Positions 16,096 through 24,668 of a stretch of 32,000 nucleotides of DNA are shown here, in pieces. Origin of the DNA: Actinomycetales bacterium. GTDB lineage: Bacteria > Actinomycetota > Actinomycetes > Actinomycetales > Angustibacteraceae. The notes beneath the pieces were generated by a model that did no database searches, was not told the origin of the DNA, and saw only the letters and a program-made list of their open reading frames with translations. The position numbers and the translations under genes were made by a program. Numbering within the stretch: the first letter of the stretch is position 1; each line of letters starts with the position of its first letter. The stretch is taken from assembly GCA_035707965.1 (NCBI GenBank), contig DASSTJ010000190.1:1-32000 (forward strand), in the 5' to 3' direction.

Positions 16096-17111
16096 GCGTC
16101 GCGCTCCACGACGAACGTAGCCAGGTCGAGCAGCCGTCGACGGCAGTCGTCACGCAACCGCAGCGGCGCGAGCGCCTCGGCGGCCCGCGTCACCCGCCGC
16201 CAGGCCTCGTCGCGAGCCCAGGTGCGCCCCCCGGCCCGTTCGACCAGCCCCGCGACCTTGCGGAGCTCGTGGTCGTCAGGCTCGAGCGCGGCGTCACGGC
16301 GCAACCAGAGCGCGAGGTCGGTGCCGTCGTCCCCCCCGTTCTGGATCGCCCACGTGATGGGAAGCGTCTTCTTGCGCGAGCGCAGGTCGCTCGCGACCGG
16401 CTTGCCCGTCACCTCGGGCCGACCCCAGATGCCGAGCAGGTCGTCGACCAGCTGGAAGGCGAGACCGACCTGCTCGCCGTACGTGGCCAGCCCGCGCACG
16501 GTCGTCGTGTCGGCGCCGGCCAGGACTGCGCCGATCGCGGCGCTCGCGCCGAGCAGCGCGCCGGTCTTCGCCGACGCCATGTCGACGCACTCGGTCAGGC
16601 CGACGTCGTCCCGCCGTTCGAACGCCAGGTCCTGCACCTGGCCGCGGATGAGCTCCCGCGTAGCGGTCGCGAGCACCGCAGAAGCCTCCGCCAGGAAGGG
16701 CGACCGGCTATCCGCGAGCACCTCGTGCGCCAGCGACAGCATCGCATCGCCAGCCAGGACGGCGGTCGCGTCGCCCCACAGCGCCCACACGGTGGCTCGG
16801 TGGCGTCGCTCGAGATCACGGTCCATGAGGTCGTCGTGCACCAGCGAGAAGTTGTGGACCAGCTCGACCGCCACGGCGCCGGGTACCGCGCTCTCGCGCG
16901 GGCCCCCCGCGGCCTCCGCCGCCAGCAGCGCGAGCGCCGGGCGGACGGCCTTGCCGCCGTTCGCCTCGATGGGCACGCCGTGCTCGTCGCACCACCCCAG
17001 GTGGTAGGCCGCGACCAGCCGGGTGCGGTCGTCGAGGCGGTTGACCGCGGCCCGCAGCGCGGGCAGGACGAGCTCGCGCGTGTCGGTGAGGGCAGGGAGG
17101 ACGGCGGTCAT
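16092..17111 (-). CDS. Polyprenyl diphosphate synthase (probably the FPP supplier of the hopanoid operon)
   Basis: First Asp-rich motif LVHDDLMD and second FQLVDDLLG, plus KTGAL and GKPVASDLRSRKKT. ATG 17111 overlaps the hpnE stop (ATGA). The longer 648-aa ORF is Arg/Pro-rich and runs into hpnE. Confidence 0.9.
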   Translation of the reverse strand: MTAVLPALTDTRELVLPALRAAVNRLDDRTRLVAAYHLGWCDEHGVPIEANGGKAVRPALALLAAEAAGGPRESAVPGAVAVELVHNFSLVHDDLMDRDLERRHRATVWALWGDATAVLAGDAMLSLAHEVLADSRSPFLAEASAVLATATRELIRGQVQDLAFERRDDVGLTECVDMASAKTGALLGASAAIGAVLAGADTTTVRGLATYGEQVGLAFQLVDDLLGIWGRPEVTGKPVASDLRSRKKTLPITWAIQNGGDDGTDLALWLRRDAALEPDDHELRKVAGLVERAGGRTWARDEAWRRVTRAAEALAPLRLRDDCRRRLLDLATFVVERDA

Positions 17112-18541
17112 GCCACCACCCGCCCTCGTGCGGCGGTGTCGACCGGTGGGGACGCCAGCACTGCCCTGGCAGCGGCGTCTCCGCTGCGGACGGCGCCCTC
17201 CATGGTCGCGGGCCAGCCGGTCGCGGTCCACGCGCCGGCGAGGTGCAGGCGGGGGAGCCGGGTGGACGTGCCGGGCCGGACGGCGTTGCTGCCGGCGCCT
17301 GGTCGGAAGGTGGCCTCGCGCTCGCGCGTCACGAAGAAGTCCAGCACGGACGCGTGCGCCAGCCCGGGCAGCATGGACTCGAGCGGACCCGTGAAGCGCT
17401 GCCGCAGAACGCGACTGGGGAGGTCGACCAGCTCGTCGGCAGCAGACAGGGACACCGCGAGGTACTGCAGCCGGGTGCCGCCCAGGCCGGCCAGCGTCGT
17501 CCGGTCGAACACCCAGAGGTACTCCGGCCTGCCGCCGGGCGTGGTCGCGGCGATCCCCGCGAGGAACGGCTCGACGAGCACCCTCCGGTCCACGAGCAGG
17601 TGGAGGTTCACGATCGGACTCGCCCCGAGCGAGGAGGCCCAGCCGGCGGGGACGTCGAGGGCTCCAGCGGGCAGCAGCCGCGCCGTGACGGCGGGTGGCG
17701 CGGCCAGGACGACGACGTCGGCCGGCTCGATGCCCGTGGCCGTCACGACGTGCCACCGCCCCTGCCCAGCCGCCAGTGCCTCCACCTTGGACCGCAGGCA
17801 CACGTGGGCACCAGCAGCGGCGAGCGCCGTCTCGGCTGCGTCGCCGTGCAGCTGCTGCAGGGGGACGGTCGACCAGCCGATGTCCCCTGCGGCCGGCTCG
17901 CGCAGCAGGCCACGTTGGAAGACGGTGGCCGCCAGGGCCAGCGACGCGTCGTCGGCGCGGGCGTTGAGCGCCGCGACCCCGACGAGGTCCCACAACGCGG
18001 TGACGGCATGCTCCGACTGGCCGTGGTCGCGCAGCCACTCACCGAACGAGGAGGCGTCGGCAGCCGGGGATGCGGCGTCGACGCGCGCCAGGGCACGGGC
18101 GGCCCGTGCGAAGCCGATCCGCTCGGAGGGCGCGAGCAACGGGAAGCGGAGGAGCGAGGACGCCAGGTGCAGGGGAGCCGGGAGGCCACCCCGTCGCAGG
18201 TGCGCCACGCCGTCGTTCGTGCGGACGGCGATGTCGAGGCGGTCCTGCACGGTCGTCTGACGCGCGACCCCCAGTCGCTCCAGGAGGCCTTCGTAGGCGG
18301 TGCAGCAGCGAAGGAACACGTGCTGCCCGTTGTCGACCCAGAACCCGTCGTCGTGGTCGGTGGCCACGTCGTCAGCGAGTCGGCGCCGGAACGAGTGCGT
18401 CTGGCCGCCCAGCCGCGGCCTGGCCTCGTGCAGCGTCACGTCGCAGCCGGCGTCCGCGCAGCGCAGCGCCGCGGTGATGCCGGCCAGGCCGCCCCCGACC
18501 ACGGTGACGCGCCGCCGGACGGCGGCGCGCGACGCCGTCAT
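17108..18541 (-). CDS. hpnE: Hydroxysqualene dehydroxylase (FAD-dependent amine-oxidase fold)
   Basis: [21 protein letters not shown] dinucleotide-binding N-terminus and the C-terminal [23 protein letters not shown] are typical of the HpnE/phytoene-desaturase family. Position is after hpnC-hpnD. ATG 18541 overlaps the hpnD stop (ATGA). Confidence 0.85.
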   Translation of the reverse strand: MTASRAAVRRRVTVVGGGLAGITAALRCADAGCDVTLHEARPRLGGQTHSFRRRLADDVATDHDDGFWVDNGQHVFLRCCTAYEGLLERLGVARQTTVQDRLDIAVRTNDGVAHLRRGGLPAPLHLASSLLRFPLLAPSERIGFARAARALARVDAASPAADASSFGEWLRDHGQSEHAVTALWDLVGVAALNARADDASLALAATVFQRGLLREPAAGDIGWSTVPLQQLHGDAAETALAAAGAHVCLRSKVEALAAGQGRWHVVTATGIEPADVVVLAAPPAVTARLLPAGALDVPAGWASSLGASPIVNLHLLVDRRVLVEPFLAGIAATTPGGRPEYLWVFDRTTLAGLGGTRLQYLAVSLSAADELVDLPSRVLRQRFTGPLESMLPGLAHASVLDFFVTREREATFRPGAGSNAVRPGTSTRLPRLHLAGAWTATGWPATMEGAVRSGDAAARAVLASPPVDTAARGRVVA

Positions 18542-19413
18542 GTCGCCGCCCGTGCGAGGGCCACGGTGGCGACGCGGGCCTTTCGCCACGAGGACAAGGA
18601 CGTGCGTTGCCGGTAGACCAGGGTGGGGTCGGCCGCGATGAGGCCGAGCAGGTCGCGGTAGATCCCCGCCATGGCCAGGCAGCAGGCGGCGCTGCGCCGG
18701 TCGAGGTGCGGGAGGAGCCGGAGCCCGAGGCAGTACCAGTCCTGCGCCCGGGCGGCGGCGAAGCGGAGAAGACCGGCGAGGTGGCCGTCGGGGTCGTCGA
18801 GCGACTCGTCGTCCGTCATCGACAGCCGTACCCCGAAGTGCTCCAGCTCGCTGCGAGGCAGGTACACGCGACCGTTCATCAGGTCCTCGCGCACGTCGCG
18901 CAGGATGTTCGTCTGCTGCAGCGCGATGCCGAGCTGGTCGGCGAAGCCGCTGGTGCCCGGGTCGACGTCCGACCCGAACACCGACAGGCAGAGGCGCCCG
19001 ATGGAGCCGGCGACGCGCCGGCAGTAGACGACGAGGTCGTCGAAGTCGTCGTACGTCACCTGGTCGACGTCCATCTGCACACCGTCGACGAGCTCGGCGA
19101 AGGCGTCGACCGGCACGGGATAGCGGCGGGCCGCGTCCGCAACCGCGACGAGCACCGGATCGGTCGACTCGTCGAGGTGGTCGAGCGACGTCCGCATCTC
19201 GGCGAGCAGCGTGACCTTCTGGGCGGCCGGCAGGGTGCCGTCGCCGATGTCGTCGACGCGCCGAGCCAGGGCGTAGAGGGCGCACAGCGCGGTGCGACGC
19301 GGCGGTGGCAGCAGCCGGATGCCGTAGTAGAAGTTGCGGGCCTGGTGGCGGGTGATCTGCTCGCAGCTGCGGTAGGCCTGCTCCACCGTCGGGCTCGGCG
19401 CGAACGTCGTCAT
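18538..19413 (-). CDS. hpnD: Presqualene diphosphate synthase (squalene/phytoene synthase family)
   Basis: [28 protein letters not shown] and [10 protein letters not shown]...[21 protein letters not shown] are SQS/PSY signatures of the HpnD type. ATG 19413 overlaps the hpnC stop (ATGA). Confidence 0.85.
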   Translation of the reverse strand: MTTFAPSPTVEQAYRSCEQITRHQARNFYYGIRLLPPPRRTALCALYALARRVDDIGDGTLPAAQKVTLLAEMRTSLDHLDESTDPVLVAVADAARRYPVPVDAFAELVDGVQMDVDQVTYDDFDDLVVYCRRVAGSIGRLCLSVFGSDVDPGTSGFADQLGIALQQTNILRDVREDLMNGRVYLPRSELEHFGVRLSMTDDESLDDPDGHLAGLLRFAAARAQDWYCLGLRLLPHLDRRSAACCLAMAGIYRDLLGLIAADPTLVYRQRTSLSSWRKARVATVALARAAT

Positions 19414-20321
19414 GCGACCACGTCCCGTGCGCCGGGCTGCCGCCGCGTCCTGGTGAGGGCGTGCAGGCGTGGCAGCCGGTGGTGCAGTGCAGCGGAGGAC
19501 AGCAGGCCGAAGACCTCGGTCACGACGTCGGAACGACGGGGGCGCACCTGTCGGGCAAGGACGTCCAGGTCGTTGCGGCGCAGCGCAGCCACGGTGGCTC
19601 GTCCGCCGGCGACATAGCCGGCGACCGCGACGCGGCCCCAGCCGTGCAGCTCGCGCACGATCGGCGCGCCGGACTCCAGCAGGCAGGCGGCACGCTCGGT
19701 CTCGAAGCGCAGCAGCGCGCGCAGGCGCTCGGAGGTGGTCGTGGCGTCGAGGTCCTCGAGCGGCACCCCGAAGGCCTCGAGGTCACCGAGTGGCAGGTAC
19801 ACGCGGCCTGCGCGTCGGTCCTCACCGACGTCCTGCCAGTGCTCCAGCAGCTGCAGGGCGGTGCAGACCCGGTCGGACAGGACGGCGGTCGCCGGGTCGC
19901 GGTGGTCGAGCAGCCCGAGCACGATCCGCCCGACTGGGTCCGCCGACAGCCGGCAGTAGCCGAGGAGGTCGTCGAACGTGCGGTAGCGGGTCACCTGCTG
20001 GTCGACGAGGTTGGCCTCGACGAGGTGGTCGAACGGCGCCAGGTCGAGGTCGTGCCCAAGCACCACCGTCGAGAGTCGCTGCAGCACAGGTAGATCCGGC
20101 ACCTCGCCGTCCCAGATGCGACGCAGGTCGTGCCGGACGCCGGTCAGCAGCCGCGTGCGGTCGCCCGGCGCTCGGTCGCCAAGGTCGTCGACGGTGCGCG
20201 CGAACTCGTACACCGCGTGGAGGTCGTCTCGGAGGGCCTGGGGCAGGACCCGCAGCGCGACGGGGAAGTTCTCGTCGCGTTCCGCAGGGAGCGCCTGGCG
20301 CCCCGGGGAGCCGCCCACCAC
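19410..20321 (-). CDS. hpnC: Hydroxysqualene synthase (squalene/phytoene synthase family)
   Basis: [24 protein letters not shown] and [11 protein letters not shown]...[22 protein letters not shown] are typical of HpnC. First gene of the operon, GTG 20321. Confidence 0.85.
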   Translation of the reverse strand: MVGGSPGRQALPAERDENFPVALRVLPQALRDDLHAVYEFARTVDDLGDRAPGDRTRLLTGVRHDLRRIWDGEVPDLPVLQRLSTVVLGHDLDLAPFDHLVEANLVDQQVTRYRTFDDLLGYCRLSADPVGRIVLGLLDHRDPATAVLSDRVCTALQLLEHWQDVGEDRRAGRVYLPLGDLEAFGVPLEDLDATTTSERLRALLRFETERAACLLESGAPIVRELHGWGRVAVAGYVAGGRATVAALRRNDLDVLARQVRPRRSDVVTEVFGLLSSAALHHRLPRLHALTRTRRQPGARDVVA

Positions 20322-20443
20322 CCGATGATCCCTCTGCGCAGTCGGATCTCTCTGCCCCGCTGGGCGTAGATCCCGGCGACGGACCTGTCACCGGATGACA
20401 GATCTCACCTGACAAATCGCCGTACCAGGGGTACGCATGAGTC
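20322..20443. promoter_or_regulatory. Divergent hpnC / PucR-like intergenic region with repeated motifs (candidate promoters and operators)
   Basis: GATC[C/T]C occurs four times, starting at 20327, 20345, 20369 and 20401. The first two extend to an 11-mer direct repeat: GATCCCTCTGC (20327-20337) and GATCTCTCTGC (20345-20355). Inverted repeat CTGTCA-ccgga-TGACAG at 20385-20401, with a further TGACA at 20410-20414. Inverted repeat CGTACC-agg-GGTACG at 20421-20435, 8 nt before ATG 20444. Confidence 0.35.
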
Positions 20444-21673
20444 ATGGCGGTGCAGACGCTGCGCGCGAGCTCACCGGGCGGGCCGGCGGAGGACGCGCTG
20501 GACGGCTTCACGGCGGCGCTGGGCGACCGGCTTCCCGAGCTGCTGCGGGAGGTCGGTGACCTCCTGCGCGACGACTGGCCGGACTACGCGCGGTTCCTGG
20601 ACGAGAGCCGCCCGGCAGTGGCCGAGGCCGGACGGATGTTCGTCCAACGCCTCGTCGCGGTCGCCCGGCTCAGACTGGTGCCGTCCGCCCCGCCGCTGTC
20701 CACGGCGACCGCCAGGGTTGCTGAGGTGGACGCCGTCTTCGACCAGATCGGACGCATGCAGTGGCAGCGCGGGCACGAGCTGACCGAGCTGCTGACGGCC
20801 TACCAGGTGGGCGCCCAGGCGGCCTGGCGTCACGTCTCCGACACCGCCCTCGACCTCGGGCTCCCACCGGGGGTCCTGTCGGTGCTCGCGGAGGCCGTCT
20901 TCGTCTTCGTCAACCAGCTGTCCTCCGCGTCCGCCCACGGCTACGTGCTCGAGCAGTCCGAGTCGAGCGCTGCGCGGGAGCGGCTGCGGCAGGAGCTGTC
21001 CGACCTGCTGCTGTCGGACCGCACCGACACGGCCACCGTGCAGATCGCCGCGTCGCGCGCCGGCTGGACGTTGCCGGGCCGCGCCGCCGTGATCCTCGTG
21101 GACCCGAGCGACCCGCAGGCGCGGGCCGTCGTCGAGCGGCTCGACTCCCGCTGCCTCCCGGTACGCCGGGAGCGACTCTACGGAGCGATCGTCCCCGATC
21201 CGTCGGACCGGCGGCTCCGCGACCGGGCCGCCCGTGCGCTCACTGGCGCGCACGCCGTCGTGGGGCACCCTGTCCCGCTGGAGCTGCTCCCCGCCAGCAC
21301 CCAGGTCGCCCAGATCGCCCTGGACCTGTGCTCGCGCGGCCTCCTCGACGGCGACCCCGTGTTCGCGAGCGACCACATCGACGTGATCATCGCTCACCGT
21401 GACGAACGGCTCATGGCGGTGCTGCGTAGCCAGGTCCTGCAGCCGCTCGACACGCTGTCACCGGCGCGCCGGCAGCAGCTCACGGAGACGCTCGCGGCGT
21501 GGCTGCGGACGATGGGGGACCGGCGTGCGGTCGCGGAGGAGCTGCACATCCACCCGCAGACCGTCCGCTACCGGGTCGGCCAGCTGCGGTCGATCCTCGG
21601 CGGCGCACTCGACTCGCCGGAGTCGCGCGCCAAGATGTTCCTGGCGCTCTGCTTCGGATCGGTTGCGTCCTGA
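20444..21673 (+). CDS. PucR/CdaR-family transcriptional regulator (C-terminal HTH)
   Basis: The C-terminal LTETLAAWLRTMGDRRAVAEELHIHPQTVRYRVGQLRSILG is the PucR-type HTH. It is transcribed divergently from the hopanoid operon. Confidence 0.8.
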   Translation: MAVQTLRASSPGGPAEDALDGFTAALGDRLPELLREVGDLLRDDWPDYARFLDESRPAVAEAGRMFVQRLVAVARLRLVPSAPPLSTATARVAEVDAVFDQIGRMQWQRGHELTELLTAYQVGAQAAWRHVSDTALDLGLPPGVLSVLAEAVFVFVNQLSSASAHGYVLEQSESSAARERLRQELSDLLLSDRTDTATVQIAASRAGWTLPGRAAVILVDPSDPQARAVVERLDSRCLPVRRERLYGAIVPDPSDRRLRDRAARALTGAHAVVGHPVPLELLPASTQVAQIALDLCSRGLLDGDPVFASDHIDVIIAHRDERLMAVLRSQVLQPLDTLSPARRQQLTETLAAWLRTMGDRRAVAEELHIHPQTVRYRVGQLRSILGGALDSPESRAKMFLALCFGSVAS

Positions 21674-23748
21674 GCGCTCGGGACCGCGGTGAGACCGACG
21701 GTCGGCGCGGGGCGAGCCCCCGAGACGTCCGGCAGCTCGACCGAGGGTGGCCGCTCGTCCAGCTCGTCCAGCACCGCGGCCATCGCCGTGGAGAGCCGGC
21801 CGGCGTCCAGCGTCTCGCCGCGGGTCACGAGCCCGACACCGAGCTGGTCACCCCAGCTCAGGGCGCCCACCGCGAGAGGAGTGCCGGGAGCGAGCGGGAT
21901 GATCGGCACGACGTCCTCGATCGGCACGCCCACGAGGTCCAGCTGCTGCCGCGGCCCTGGCATGTTCGAGACGATCGCCTGCAGGAACGCCTGGCTGTAG
22001 ACCGTGCGCGCGAACCAGCGCAGGCCCGGCTCCGGCGTCAGCTCCAGCACCTTCGCCATCACGAAGCGGGACGCCAAGGCGCGCGTGGGGGTGTGCAGCG
22101 GCCCGGTGCGCCGTCGGACCTCGGTGAGCAGGTCGGCGGGCACGTCGATGTCGACCGGCAGATCCACCATGACGGCGGCCGTGACGTTGCCCTCGGCCGC
22201 GCTGTCGGGCTGGCGCACCATGAGAGGCACGGCCACGCGCAGCCGTCCCTCGAGCCGCGCGACGAACGAGGGCTGCTCCCGTTGCAGGGCAGCGACCACG
22301 AGGCACAGCAGCAGGTCGGTGACGCGTGCCTCGTGGGCGCGGGCGACGTCCCGGACGCGGTCCAGGGGAAGCCACGAGCAGCAGAAGTCCGTCGTAGCGT
22401 CGTGCGGCGGCGGGACGCGCGCGGCGGGGCGGCCGTCCGTCGCTAGCTGGGCCAGCCCGACCACCGTCGCGGCCGCCTGCTTCAGCGCAGGCACCTCACG
22501 TCGTCCGTCCGGCACGAGGTCGATCCGTGGTCGGAAGAGCTGCACGGCCTGCGCCACCGTGCCGATGCCGTCGGCCACGCAGTGGTGCACCAGGAGCAGC
22601 ATCGTGGAGCGCCCCACCTCAGGAGCGCGCACCAGGACGATCCGCCACATCGGCCGGTCGCGCGGCAGCAGCCGGGACGCCAGGTCGCCGACGACCCGGC
22701 CCACGGCCGCGACCGCCTCGTCCCTGGTGGCACCCGGCACGCTCAGCTCGGTCACGTGCCACGACCAGTCCAGCGGTCCGGCGTCCACCCAGCGCGGCCG
22801 GCGCCACCGTGTGCCGCCGTCGAGGCGTTGCGTGAACCGGGGCAGGCGCCCCAGCTCGCTGCGGACGAGGTCACGGACCTCGTCGACGGAGGGCCCGCCA
22901 CCCGGGGCCAGCACGACGACACCGCCCACGTGCTGCGGTGCCCGCGGTGCCTCCGCGTGCAGGAAGAACGCGTCGGTGGCGGGCACGCGTCCGCGGCGCC
23001 CGGGGTCGCACCAGCGGTCGACCACCGCGACGCTCACCCACACGAACGGGACGGCGGCGAGCGCGTCGACCAGGTAGTGGTTCGCCGTCGCGAGGATGAC
23101 GAGGACGGTGACGGCGACGTGGACGGCGCTGACGACCTGGACGCCGAGACCGCGCGACTGCCGCGCCAGCACGACCGACACCCACAGCGCCCAGGCGACG
23201 TGGAGCGACGGCATCGCAGCCAGCTGGTTGGCGTGCGTGACGAGCGGCATGCCCCACGAGCCGATGGTGCCGCCGCGGGTCACCGTGTCGACGAGACCGA
23301 GGTCGGTCATCAGGCGAGGCGGCGTCATGGGGAACAGCCAGAAGCAGGTGATCCCCAGCAGGTTCAGCAGGACGAACGAGCTGCGGGCCGGGCGGTAGTC
23401 GGCCGGAGCGCGCACGTAGAGCCAGGTCAGCAGGGCCAGTGCGCTGACGACGTACGTGAAGGCGTACTCGTAGTTCGCGATCGTCGAGAGCACCTGGTGC
23501 GGCGCGAGCCACGCGTTGAGCGGGCGCTCGACGTCCAGGTGCAGTGACCGCTGCAGGTCGATGACGAGCTGTGCGTGGCGGTCGGCGGCTGCTCGTCGCT
23601 CCGGGCCCCCTTGGGAGTCGACGAGCAGGTAGAGGCCGAAGACCACGAGGCCGCCGGCCAGCTCCCGCCACAGCAGCGGCCGGACGCCGGACCCGGAGCC
23701 ACGGGTGGCGTGAGGTGGGGACGCGGTGGCCGGACCGCTCACGGTCAC
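21568..23748 (-). CDS. Fusion of an N-terminal PAP2-superfamily membrane domain (PAP2_3/IPC-synthase-like) with a wax ester synthase/diacylglycerol acyltransferase (WS/DGAT)
   Basis: The N-part is polytopic, with FPMTPPRL, NQLAAMPSLHVAWALW and ATANHYLVDALAA (the H...H..D motif set of PAP2_3-type enzymes). From DAFFLHAEAPRAPQHVGGV it is WS/DGAT, with the catalytic HHCVADGIG and the C-terminal SNMPGPRQQLDLVGVPIEDVVPIIPLAPG block. GTG 23748 (AGGA upstream) or GTG 23742. The 779-aa version overlaps the upstream gene. Confidence 0.8.
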   Translation of the reverse strand: MTVSGPATASPPHATRGSGSGVRPLLWRELAGGLVVFGLYLLVDSQGGPERRAAADRHAQLVIDLQRSLHLDVERPLNAWLAPHQVLSTIANYEYAFTYVVSALALLTWLYVRAPADYRPARSSFVLLNLLGITCFWLFPMTPPRLMTDLGLVDTVTRGGTIGSWGMPLVTHANQLAAMPSLHVAWALWVSVVLARQSRGLGVQVVSAVHVAVTVLVILATANHYLVDALAAVPFVWVSVAVVDRWCDPGRRGRVPATDAFFLHAEAPRAPQHVGGVVVLAPGGGPSVDEVRDLVRSELGRLPRFTQRLDGGTRWRRPRWVDAGPLDWSWHVTELSVPGATRDEAVAAVGRVVGDLASRLLPRDRPMWRIVLVRAPEVGRSTMLLLVHHCVADGIGTVAQAVQLFRPRIDLVPDGRREVPALKQAAATVVGLAQLATDGRPAARVPPPHDATTDFCCSWLPLDRVRDVARAHEARVTDLLLCLVVAALQREQPSFVARLEGRLRVAVPLMVRQPDSAAEGNVTAAVMVDLPVDIDVPADLLTEVRRRTGPLHTPTRALASRFVMAKVLELTPEPGLRWFARTVYSQAFLQAIVSNMPGPRQQLDLVGVPIEDVVPIIPLAPGTPLAVGALSWGDQLGVGLVTRGETLDAGRLSTAMAAVLDELDERPPSVELPDVSGARPAPTVGLTAVPSAQDATDPKQSARNILARDSGESSAPPRIDRSWPTR

Positions 23749-23827
23749 CGTCCTAGCACGAGCGCGCCCTTCGCACAGGTGGTCACGCTCGTGCACGTCT
23801 CGGCGAAGGTGCCGCGTGCGCTTCGGC

Positions 23828-24541
23828 TCAGACGCGGCTGCGCGACAGGCTGAGGTGGACGCCCGGCACGCGGCCCAGCCGGCTCCAGCCCCAGTAGGCG
23901 CACGCAACCACGGTGGCCACCGTGAGCAGGCTGCTGAGCATGCCTCGCGACATCAGCCCGGCGTCGAGGCCCCAGTGCAGGAAGCCGAGGCTCATGCCGG
24001 CGTCCAGCACCCGAGAGAAACCCCAGAGCAGGGCCACCTGCGCGAACATGCGGCGCACCCGGCGGTCGGCGAAGAGGTGGCGGGGGAGCGCCACGAAGTC
24101 CTGGGCGAGCCGCATCGTGACGGGGCGGCCGATGGCGACGCTGCCGAGGAAGAGCAGCGCCATGAAGAGCGACCCGGCCACCGGCTGCAGCAGGTAGACG
24201 TAGACGCTCGAGAAGGCCATGGCGATCGACGTGCGGCCCACGAGCATGCCGACCGCGAGCAGCAGCGTGCTGGGCACGCGCCTGCCGGTCGCCCACCGCA
24301 GCGAGAGGGCAGCGGCGCACCAGCTCAGCACGGCGACCATTCCCCAGAACGAGCCGACGGTGCGCACGCACGCCAGCAGCAGGAGCGTCGGCACGACGAC
24401 CGTCTCGAGCAGCATCCGCACGCCGTGCAGGGCGGCTGGACGCAGGGTCGCGAGGTCGAGCACGAAGGGTTCGTCGACGTCACCGCGACCGAGGTGCGAG
24501 GGGTGGCTCAGCGCCGGGGGCGGAACGGACATACCAACCAC
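23828..24541 (-). CDS. Integral membrane protein of unknown function (about six predicted TM helices)
   Basis: Six hydrophobic stretches (LLETVVVPTLLLLACV, WGMVAVLSWCAAAL, LLLAVGMLVGRTSIAMAF, VYLLQPVAGSLFMALLFLGSVAI, FAQVALLWGFSRVL, LSSLLTVATVVACAYWGW). AGGAGG lies about 10 nt upstream of GTG 24541. Same strand as the flanking SDR and PAP2::WS/DGAT genes. Confidence 0.6.
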   Translation of the reverse strand: MVGMSVPPPALSHPSHLGRGDVDEPFVLDLATLRPAALHGVRMLLETVVVPTLLLLACVRTVGSFWGMVAVLSWCAAALSLRWATGRRVPSTLLLAVGMLVGRTSIAMAFSSVYVYLLQPVAGSLFMALLFLGSVAIGRPVTMRLAQDFVALPRHLFADRRVRRMFAQVALLWGFSRVLDAGMSLGFLHWGLDAGLMSRGMLSSLLTVATVVACAYWGWSRLGRVPGVHLSLSRSRV

Positions 24542-24570
24542 TATCGCATCTCCTCCTGGAGGTGTCCGGA

Positions 24571-24616
24571 CGTCGGCTCACCGCCCGCGTGCGTCCTGGC
24601 AGCCGGTGAGCCGACG
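24571..24616 (-). other. Intercistronic stem-loop (13-bp perfect stem, 20-nt loop) between the SDR gene and the membrane-protein gene
   Basis: CGTCGGCTCACCG (24571-24583) pairs with CGGTGAGCCGACG (24604-24616). Possible extension GTCC (24564-24567) with GGAC (24617-24620). No U-tract follows on the transcribed (-) strand. It lies roughly 15-20 nt upstream of the AGGAGG RBS of the next gene. Confidence 0.5.
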
Positions 24617-24668
24617 GACCTTCGCTCATCGGCATGATCGCCGTCCCGCCTGAGAGTTCCCTGTGGTG

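Noticed and set aside
16269-18260. 663-aa plus-strand ORF (with 15721..17007, 17243..18616, 18607..19617 and 19469..20398) across the hopanoid operon
   Set aside because: All are antisense to genes with clear family signatures (polyprenyl synthase, hpnE, hpnD, hpnC). Their translations are Arg/Ala/Pro-rich with no motifs.
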